DNA of 64,000 bases from IMG/VR virus record IMGVR_UViG_3300025892_000008; one strand, given 5' to 3'. The DNA is from a virus. Taxonomy: Duplodnaviria; Caudoviricetes. Both the position numbers and the translations under genes were made by a program. Shown one piece after another: positions 38,027 through 50,000 of this stretch; positions within the stretch are counted from its first letter, which is position 1, and every line of letters begins with the position of its first letter. A model generated the notes under the pieces. The model did not search any database. It worked only from the letters and a program-made list of their open reading frames with translations, and was not told the DNA's origin.

Positions 38027-41000
38027 TGGTAGATAAGGTTTACCCTAACAGTCAGTTACCTATTAGAAAAAGTTCCGAGCTTCTTCCAGAAACTTTTAGA
38101 ACAGACGCTAATGACAAATTTCTATCAGGAGTAGTTGATCCTCTTGTACAACCAGGTGCATTGGATAAACTATCAGGATATGTTGGTAGAAGATTTGGCA
38201 AAACTTATAACGGTAATAGTGTATATTTAGATACTGACGATACTTTAAGAAGTAGATATCAGTTAGAGCCAGGCGTTACAGTTGAAAACAATCAGGTTGT
38301 AACTAAGTTTTACGATTATCTAGATTTTAAAAATATTGAAACTTTCTTTGGTAATTCAAACGAAAGAGATGATAAAACTACATTCCAAGAGCATTATAGT
38401 TGGAATCCACCTATAGACTGGGATAAGTTTATAAATTATAGAGAATACTATTGGGTACCTGCTGGTCCACCTACGGTGGCTATCTTTGGTCAAACACAGG
38501 ATATTCAATCTACATATAAAGTTAATCAAGGGATTGGTTCTTCTTGGGTGTTTACTCCAGATGGACTTACAAACAATCCAACACTTACTTTATACAGAGG
38601 TCAAACATATAAGTTTACTATTAACTCACCAGGCGAGCCTTTTGCACTAAGAACAAATTATGATACTGGTAGTTTAAATTTTGACCCATTAATAACTTAT
38701 TTTCCAGGTGACTTAGCAGCATTTGATGGAAAACTTTGGAGAGCAAAAGAAGAAGTTAGTCCTGCAGACGGAAGTTCGATAGACTTAGATAGTCAAGACT
38801 GGGAACTAGTTGATAGCAACGCTTCGTTTAACAGTTTAATTTATAATAGCGGAGTTACAAATAATAGTATTGAAGTAGGCACACTTACATTTACAGTTCC
38901 TTTAAATGCTCCAGATGTACTTTTTTATCAAAGTGAAACAGATCCTAATAGACTAGGCAGATTTATTATTGCTGATATTGAAAGTAATACAGCAATTAAT
39001 GTTGAAAAAGAAATTTTAGGAAAAACTTATTATAAAAGTGCTAATGGAGTAGAACTATCAAACGGAATGGTAGTTGAATTCCGTGGACAAGTTGAAAGTG
39101 AAAAGTATGCTACAGACACATGGCTAGTTGAAGGAATAGGAAAAGAAATAACGCTAATAAGATTTGCTGATCTAATTCCACCTAACATTAGTGCAAACAC
39201 TCCTGAAATATTATTTGATAATGAAGGGTTTGATTCACAACCTTTTGACGATGCAACTTTGTATCCTGCAAATAAAGATTATGTAACAATTAACAGAAGC
39301 AGTAATGATTCAAATCCGTGGAGCAGATATAATAGATGGTTCCATCGTAGTGTCCTTGAGTATGCATTTAAATATAGAGATAGTGATTTTGATGGTCTTG
39401 AAACAGCAAGAGCAAAGAGACCAATTATTGAATTTCATCCTGGTATAAAACTTTACCAGCAAGGAACAATTGCAAAAGCCTCAGTTGATTATATTGATGA
39501 TTATACAAAAGATGTATTTTCAACTATTGAAGGTAGTACAGGATATAGTGTAGACGGTGAGTTTCTTTTTGAAGGCGCAAGAGTACTTGTTACAGCAGAT
39601 GATGATAATCTTGCAAACAACAAAATATACGAAGTTAAGTTTATTGTCCACAACGGAACAAGACAGATTACTTTACAAGAAACTACAGATTCCAAACCAA
39701 CAATCAATGAATGTGTTCTTGCTAGTAGAGGTACTTCTAATTCAGGTAAGCAGTTTTACTTTGACGGCACATCTTGGAAAAAGAGTCAAGAGAAAACAAC
39801 TGTAAACCAAGCACCTTTATTTGACAGTTTTAATGAAACAGGTGTTGCACTTGATAATTCAAATACGTATCCAGTAAGTAGTTTTGCAGGAAGCAAAATT
39901 TTTAGTTATAAACAAGGTACCGGACCAGTTGACAACGAATTGGGTATAAGTATTTCTTATCAAAATATTGATAATGTAGGTGATATAGAATTTGATTGGA
40001 GTTGGGAAACTGAACAATTTACATACACAATTAACCAACAGGCAATTATTGATAACACCAATAAACATTATTATCAGGTAAACGGCAAATATGAAAATGG
40101 TTGGGTTAGAACACAATCTAAATACTTACAGCCTATTGTTGATAGCGTTACAATTATAGATGCTACAAACATTGTACAAACTGATATTATTGATTTTGAT
40201 AATATAGATGATACTGTTGAAATTATATTTTTTAGAAATGGTGATGAATTAAAAGAATCTTATACACGTGATAGAAACCAGTTTACTTTTACTACTGTGT
40301 TTCAACCTAACGATATTATTACAATTAAAGTAGTTGGCGAAATAATTCCTAAAAATGGTTACTATGAAATTCCTGTAGGATTAGAAAAAAATCCGTTAAA
40401 TGAAACACTAAAAACTTTTACTCTTGGGCAAGCGGCTGATCATGTTAAAACAGCATTAGAATTTGACACAAGATTTACTGGTGTACTTCCAGGAGTATCT
40501 AATTTAAGAGATATTTCAGACTTTACTGTAAACGCAAAAAGATTTCTAAAACATTCAGGCGTTGCAGCGTCAGCATTATTGATGCTTGCAGACAAAGAAA
40601 TTAATATTGTTAAATCATTGCAATATGCTAAAAAACAGTATTCGTTATTCAAAGAAAATTTTATAAAAAAATCTTTTGAAGTTGATGACACATCAAGCAT
40701 ACCAGATTTAGTAGATGCTATTTTTGAACAATTAACAAAAACAAAAAGCTCAGCAAGTCCTTTTGCAGATAGTGACACATTAGGTACAGGAGCATTTACA
40801 AAAATAAACTATACAGTTGATGACCCTGGATTAAAGACATTTTCACTAAATGATACTTTTGATTTAGATACATTAAGTAGACGTGCAGTATATGTGTATA
40901 AAAATAATACACAGTTATTGCATGGTAAAGACTACACGTTTAGTTCAGAGTTTGCATTTTTAACTATACTAGGCAATTTAATACAAGGTGACAGTATAGA

Positions 41001-44000
41001 AATACGCGAGTACGTATCAACAGCGTCTTGCCATGTGCCACCGACTCCTACGTCAATTGGATTATACAAAAAGTATACTCCGATGAAGTTTATTGACGAC
41101 ACATATAGAGTACCTACAGAAGTTATACAAGGTCACGATGGTAGTATTACTGTTGCGTATGGCGATTTCCGTGATGATGTTTTATTAGAATTAGAATATA
41201 GAATTTATAATAATATTAAACAATCTTATGAACCTAGTGTATTTGATATAGATGCTAATCTTGGAGGTTATTATAAAAATTCAGTATTTACAAAAGCAGA
41301 ATTTGATGCAATAGCAAGCCAAGAATTTTTAAAATGGGTAGCAAATACTAATCTTGCTTATACTGCTAACACATACCTAAAAGATACAGAAACATTTACA
41401 TATACCTATTCTAATATGACAACACCAGATGGTGATGAAAATTTACCAGGATGGTGGAGAGGTGCTTATAACTATTTCTATGATACAGATAGACCGCATC
41501 GTTGTCCTTGGGAAATGCTTGGGTTTAGTGAAAAGCCAAGTTGGTGGGATACACAATACGGTGAAGCACCGTATACAAGTGGAAACCTAATTCTTTGGGA
41601 AGATATTAGAGACGGTATTATTAGAAAAGGCGAAAGAGCAGGTACATATAAAAGATATGCTAGAACAAGTATATTAAGACATATACCTGTAAATGAATAC
41701 GGTGAATTATTAAGTCCTCTTGATAGTGGATTAGCAACAAACTTTACATTAACAAATAATAAAGGAAGTTTCAAACTAGGTGATATTTCGCCTACTGAAT
41801 ATGCTTACAGAAGCAGTTCAGAATTTCCATTTGTTGTAACAATGGCATTGTGCCTACTTCGTCCGTTTGAATATATTGTTGCAAACTTTGATAGAAGCAA
41901 AACAAAACGAAATATTGCAGATCAAATTATTAGTAAGAGTACAGGAATTTTTATTAAACCTGATGAAATAGTATTACCTGTTACAGGCAGTACTGATATT
42001 ACAAGTGGTTTAGCATTCTATATAGGTAGTTATTTGCTTTCATCAGGTAAGCCTATTGCAACTGCACAAAGTTTATTATCAAATATTAATGTAAGATTGA
42101 CTAGTAGGTTAAATGGTTTTGTTGATAAGACTCAACAAAAATATTTGCTAGATTCTAAAAGTCCTGCTGCTGCAAGTTCAAGTATATTCATACCAGAAGA
42201 AAATTATAACATATTCTTTAATGTTTCTTCTCCAATACAAACTGTTAGTTACAGCGGAATTATATTTGAAAAAACAGAAGGTGGCTGGATAGTAAACGGT
42301 TACGATGATGTACATCCTTACTTTAGGATTTATAAATCAATTCCAAATCAAGCAGATCCAACATTATCTGTAGGCGGAGTTAGTGCAACGTTTGTAAATT
42401 GGACCGAAGATCAACTTTACAACAACGGAGCAATAGCTCAGTACAGAAGTATGTTTTATAGAGCAAAGTTAACTCATACAAGCACTGATAAATTTGAAAC
42501 AGATAATTGGACTAAGTTACCAGAGTTACCAATAGTAGGTGCTGCAACTGCACAGCGCAGAAGAAACTTCAATCAATTCGCTACTGAAGATGTAAGTTAT
42601 GGAACTACATTTAACACAGTTCAACAGGTTGTAGATTTCCTACTAGGATACGAGCATTATCTAAAAGTACAAGGGTTTATTTTTGAAAACTATAGTACAG
42701 ATAATCAAGCAATGCAAGACTTTACAACTGCTGCTAAAGAATTTATGTTCTGGACACGTAATGAATGGGCAGTTGGATCATTACTTGCAGTAAGCCCAGG
42801 CGCTGAAAAACTTAAAGTTACTGTACCGATCGGAGTAGTTGATAATATACTTGATAGTTTTTATGACTATAATGTATTGACTGATAATGGCGAACCGATG
42901 GAAATTAAAAACTTTGATGTCAACAGAGAATTCCAAACATTCACATTTACAATAAATGAAACTACTAGAGGACTTTTTTATCTAAAATTAAATTATGTTC
43001 TTAAAGAACATGTTGCTATTTTTAATGATAGAACAGTTTTCAATGATGTAATTTTTGATAAACCAACTGGATATAGACAAGAAAGAATTAAAGTACAAGG
43101 GTTTAGAACTGTAGACTGGGACGGCGATTATACTAGCCCGGGATTCTTATTTGATAATGTTAATATTATATCTTGGCAGCCGTTTACTGATTATAAACTT
43201 GGCGACATTATAAATTACCAAGGTGTCAACTACACTAGTAAACGTAATCATACAAGCGATGAAGAATTTAATGCTATTAATTGGACAGTACTTGACTCAA
43301 CACCTGAGAAAAAATTAGTTCCTAACTTTGATTTTAAAATAAATCAAATGGAAGATTATTTTGATGTTGATACTGAAGGACTGTCACAAAGTCAAAGAGA
43401 GTTAGCAAGACATACAATTGGCTATCAAACAAGAGATTATTTACAAAACCTATCTGAAGATAGTGTAACACAGTTTAGATTATATCAAGGATTTATTAGA
43501 GAAAAAGGAACAAATAATTCTTTTACTAAAATATTTAACAAACTTGGTAGAACTGATAACGAAGGAGTAAATTTAAAAGAAGAATGGGCATTCAAAGTTG
43601 GACAGCTCGGTGGCACAGATCAAACTAAAGTAGTAGAAATTAAATTAGATACAGATAATTTTGTTCTTAATCCACAGCCGTTATTAGTTACTAATACTAA
43701 AAACGTTGCTGAGCTTGATAGATATTATAGAATCAATCAAAGTGATTTTTATTTTGCACCTATACCTTTTACAACTAATATTAATCCTACTACTGTTGAA
43801 AAACAATATCTTAGAACGGCAGGATATGTTAAAGTCGACCAAACAAAATATGTTGTACAGACCAGAGATGATATAGTAAACATAGACATTACAGGGGTAC
43901 TTAATAACGATCATATATGGGTAACTTTTGATGATAGTGATTGGACTGTATTGCGTATTAACTTTGCAAATGAATTGCCTATATCAAACATCACTACAGA

Positions 44001-47000
44001 TAAAAATAAAGTAACTGTCACTTTTACAAAAAGACATAATTTAAATGCAGATGACTTTATTGGATTTAAAACGTTTGGCGATATTGACGGCTTTCATAAA
44101 ATTACTGAAGTAACTAATTTTACTATAAGTTTTGAAACCGAAAAACCACCAGCAGATGTAAACTTTGAACCTAGCACATTAACATATCCTATCTTGTTAA
44201 CAAATGCTAGATTTGCAAGTTATGATACTTTAGATTTAGAACAAACAGCATTATTAGATAGAAAATCTAAATTGTATATAGATAATAACGGAAGTAATAA
44301 GTGGGAAGTTGTTGAAAAGAGAAAACAATTTAGTGCTAAAAAGATTACTGCATATGGAAGTACAGATCCTAAGCATACTGGTAAGAAAGTATTATACTTA
44401 GAATCATTAAATCAAACTATAGCATCAATGCCAGGTTCAGGTATTACTGTTGTTTATGTTGAAACTTCAGATGGTTTAGCAGTTAAACAATTATTGCAAC
44501 TAACAACAGGATTTACTACAGCAGTCACAAATACATATGGAGAAGAACTTGCAACAACACCAGACAACAAATGGTTAATTGTTGGTTCACCTAATGCATC
44601 AGGAGTACCATCAAATTATCAAGGTATGTTTAGCACATATAAAAATTATTCTGCTAATGATATTGTATTGTATGAAGGACAATTGTGGAAAGCAAAAAAT
44701 ACTATTATAGGCGATGGCAGCAGTATTAATGTTTATACAGAAGACTGGGAACAAACATTCAACATCAATGCTTTAGAAAGTGGATCTAATGAAGGTTATA
44801 GTAACCAAGGTATGATTTCGCTGTATAGTTATAGTGCTCAACAATGGAATTATGTAGAAAGTTTTGTAAGTCCAAGAGCAGACGGTGATAAACTTTTTGG
44901 TAGTAAAATTACTGTAGCACAAACAGCCACAGGGTATACAATGGCGGTAAGTGCTCCTGGATTGGATGATACAAAGGGTAGAGTTTATCTTTACAATTAT
45001 ACAACAGCAGGCGGCTGGGAACTAATTCAGAACAAAGATTACAGAGGCATATATCAGCCAGGTGGAACACTTACAGCAACAGAAATACTTGCAGGCCGTA
45101 CATACACAATTGAAACATTAGGAACTACAGACTTTATGTCACTAGGAGCATTAACTAATACTCCAGGATTAGAGTTTGTATCAACAGGTAGAGGTGATGG
45201 CACAGGAACTGTTTCTGTAGAAAGTTACTATCCTAAAGGATCGATTGTATTCTACAATGGTAACTTATGGAAAGCACTTGCAGACAATCAAGGCGATGGT
45301 AGCACTATATCTATTGAAAGCAATGATTGGATCAAACTAGATTCAGTAAACACAAATGTATCTCTTCCAAGTAGCGTTAGTATAGAAGATGACGGGTCCA
45401 CACTTGCATCAGGAATATTATCTGCGGATCAACTTGCAGAGTTGATTAAGGAAGGTGATAAGTTTGGTAGTTCCCTTGCATTTAATAATGACGGTACGAC
45501 TTTAATAATAGGTGCAGTAGAAGCAGACGGACAATACTTTCAAAACTATAAAGGTAACTGGCAACCTAATTATGAATACATGGAAAATGATGTTGTAAAA
45601 TATCAAGGCGGTTATCACAAATTAGAAAACCTTGGCGCCACAGCAGTGGGTCCAGACAGCACTATTAGAAGTTACAATCAGGCACCTGATGATGGTTATC
45701 CGTGGGTGAACGTTGGAGATAGTTCTACTGAATCAGTAGGTAAAGTTTTTGTTTATACTAAAAATGATGTAGGCTTTTATAGTTTACAACAAACTATAAC
45801 TGCTGAAAGTCTTGCAGAAATAAGTGATTTACCTGCAGAAGAAATTATTAGCACAGGTGATATGTTTGGTTACGCTGTTGACATGGATATGTCAGGCACA
45901 ACACTTGTTATTACAAGTCCTAAAGCAGATAAAAACTTTCAAAATCAAGGAAGTGCATATATCTTTAAATACGAATCAGATTCTTCAGCATCACGTTATA
46001 GATTAAAACAAAAAATAGAAAGTTACGGAATATATCCAAACGAATATTTTGGGCAATCAGTTTGTATGACGTCTAATGCTGCTCAAATAGTAATTGGCGC
46101 AAATAATACCGGTTACAATTTGCCTATAAGATTTGATACAAGTTCAACGACATTTGATGAATTAAACACATCATTTACAACATACGGTGGATACAGTGGT
46201 GCTGTTTATGTGTTTAAATTAAAAGGTACAAGATATTTACTAACAGAAAAATTAGAAGATGATTTAAGCACTAACGAGTCATTTGGTTATAGTGTATCTT
46301 GTTCTAATAATATTATTGCTGTAGGTTCACCAAAATATATTGCTCCGGTAGTACATGGACCAACGTTAGATTTTACAGGTCCAGAAGCCGGCATGGTTAG
46401 ATTATTTAGAAAAGACCCTAATGTTAACAGTCTTGAAATTATAGGATCAGAACCAGATAAAATTGATTTAGCAAGAATTAAAAGAATTAGTCTTTACAAA
46501 GATAGTGGCGACACAAAGATACAAGATCTAGAAGTAGTAGATCCTGCTAAATTAAAAGTTCTTGCAGCAGCAGAAAAAGAACTTACATATAAAACATTGT
46601 ATGATCCAGCAACGTACAATATAGGAACCGAAGATGTTGTTGTAGACGATACAATTGCATGGTTTGGTAAAAATGTTGGAAAACTATGGTGGAATGTTAG
46701 CACTGCAAAATGGTTAGATTACGAGCAAGCAGATATCGCATATAGATCTGCAAATTGGGGAGCGCAGGTACAAGGATCTAGTATTGATGTTTACGAATGG
46801 GTTGAATCTAAACTTTTACCATCTGAATGGTCTGTACTTGCAGACACAAATGAAGGATTACAGTTAGGTGTATCAGGACAGCCTTTATATGCTGACGATA
46901 CTGTTTATAGTGTAAAAGAATTTTTAAATGTAAACACAGGATTAGTAACTGAAACAAAATATTACTTCTGGGTGAAAAACAAAGTTACAGTTCCAGAAAA

Positions 47001-50000
47001 TATATTAGGCAGACAGATCAGTGCTGGAGAAGTAGCATCATTGATTAATAATCCGTCAACATTAGGTAATACATATATTGCACTTGCAGATGCAGATAAA
47101 ATCTTCTTCTACAATTACAAAAATATAGTTTCAGATAATATTTCCATATTAAATCTCGAATATTATAATACAAGCAGCAATAATAATGTAGCACATAAAG
47201 AATTTTTATTACTTACTGAAGGCGATGAAAATAGTGTTCCTAATAGTAAACTTGAAAAGAAATGGATTGACAGTTTAGTTGGTTACGATATACAAGGAAA
47301 TAGAGTCCCTGATACCAACTTACCAGCCAAACAAAAATATGGTTTAAGTTTCCGTCCAAGACAAAGTATGTTTGTAAATAGAAAACAAATATTAAAACAA
47401 ACAGTTGAAAGTGTAAATGCAATATTAGTTAAAGAAGCATTTGCAAACACAATAGATTTTACTAATTTAAATCTTGTTGATCCAGAACCTGCAGAAGTTT
47501 TATATCTATATGATGTAAAAGTTGACAGTATTGTAGATCTAGAAAATGTAGGTACTGTTAGAGTAAAACAGGCTAAACTATCTGCTAATATTGTAGACAA
47601 CGAAATAACTTCTATTAACATTGTTGATCCTGGGTTTGGTTACAAGCCACAACAAATATTTACAACTGAAGCATCTGGAGTGTATCCTGGACCAGCAGTT
47701 ACATTACAAGGCGATGGAGTTGGCGCTGAAGTACTAACACACATTGACAATCAAGGTAGAATTGTACAAGCAGTCGTTGTTAACAGCGGAAAAAATTATA
47801 CCTATGTAAATCCTGTTGTAAGACAGTTTAGTGTACTTGTTAGTAGTGATTCTACAGCAGGCAATTATTGGTCAATATATGCATGGGATGATATTAGAAA
47901 AACATTTTATAGAAGTGCATCTCAAGCCTTTGATACAACAAAATATTGGACTTACATTGATTGGTGGAAAACAGGTTACAGTGAAACAACTAGAGTTACT
48001 AAAGAAATATTAGATACATCTGAAGAGCCATCAATTCAAGTAGCCATTGGCGATTTGATAAGAATTAAAGAATATGGATCAGGCAGTTGGGCTGTATTCA
48101 AAAAAGAGACTGACACTAGTGATTTACCTTTAGGTAATTACACATTAGTTGGTAGAAGACAAGGTACAATTAAATTATCAGAAAGTTTATATAATTTACA
48201 AGTCTCTGGTACTGGATATGATAATACAGTAAACTTTGATACAGGATTGTATGATTTAGAACCTACTGTAGAATTAAGAAATATATTCACTGCAATTAAA
48301 GAAAATATATTTATAGGTGATAATAAAGTTGAATGGAACAAAACGTTCTTTAACAGTATAAGATATGTGTTACATGAGCAAGTTTATGTAGATTGGCTAT
48401 TCAAAACTAGTTTCTTAAAAGCAACTCACAATGTTGGAAACTTAAAAGTTGTTCCTAATTACAGTAACGATAACCTTGAAAGTTTCCAGAAATATATTGA
48501 AGAAGTAAAACCTTACAGAACAACTATTAGAGAATACGTAAGTAAATATAATCAACTTGAAGGTAACGGAGTAGCAGCAAATGACTTCGACTTACCAGCA
48601 GTGTATTCTAGTAATGATGGAAAGATTGTTACAGTAAATGAAAATAGTGAACTAGTTACACAAGAGCCGTGGAAAACATGGTTTGACAATAAAGGTTACA
48701 GTATAACAGATATTGTTATTGCTAACGGTGGAAGTGGATATACAAGTCCACCGAATGTTGTAATTGAAGGCAATGGTACAGGAGCATCTGCACAAGCATT
48801 TGTCTCAAGCGGAAAAGTTACAGGTGTTCGCATACTTAATAAAGGTAAAGGTTATACATCAACACCTACAGTTAACTTAGTTGGCGGTAACGGAGCATCA
48901 ATTTACGATGCTGTAGCAGTTGCATATCTAGGTGAAGGTACAACTAGAAGTTTTGAATTAAAAGTAAAATTTGATAGAATTGCAAAAGAAGGATTATTTA
49001 CAACATTTACTGACAGTCAAACATTTACTGCAACAGGAACAACTGCTGTTTTTGATTTAAGATATGCACCTACAATTGATAAAACTAAAATTAGTATTAC
49101 AAAAAATAATCAAACAGTTTTAGGAAGTGATTATACAGTGTCAGTCTTTACCAAGAAAGTAGACGGATATAGTTTTATACATGGTAGAATAATATTAAAT
49201 GATGCACCACAAATAGGTGATGTAATCAAAATTAATTATTCTAAAAATGATGAATTACTTGATAGTGTTAATAGAATAAACAAATACTACAATCCAACTG
49301 ACGGTATGAAAGGTAAAGAATTAAATCAGTTAATGACTGGTATAGATTATGGTGGAGTTCAAATTCAAGGAACAACATTTGATGTCACAGGCGGGTGGGA
49401 CGCATTGCCTTGGTTTAGTGATAGTTGGGATAGTGTTGAAAGTAGTGCAGACTACTATGTTGTTGCTGATGGTAGCACCAATGAAGTAACGCTTCCTTAT
49501 GTGCCCGCAGATGGACAAGAGATAAACATCTATCTAAAACGTGCAGGAGAAGGAACGCTGTCAACTATTGATAATTTGCAGTATAGTGAATCAGTAAAAA
49601 ATCCTCCTGTAATTAGAATTGATGATCCATATTTTGGATCAGGTTCGCCAGCAATACCAGCAGTACCTGGTGTGCCGGCAGATGCAGAATACAACAATGG
49701 TGCATTAATTACTGAGAACAATGGTACAGTGTTTGACAGAGCCTTAACTGTAAACGGATTGAAACTGGTTGTTGCAGGAGCAGTAGGCGGACAACTTGCA
49801 GTACCAGATGAATGGGCAAAGAAAACTGCAAGAACATTTGAATTAATGACTGATCCTAACGGTGCTGGCATTAACACTACACATCAACGCAATTTTCTTA
49901 AAACACTAAAAGGTGACGTAGGAACAAAACACGCAGGAATACCTACAGTGCAAAGAGTTGGCTATGGCGGCGGAAGTACATATACACCTAACTGGTTAGA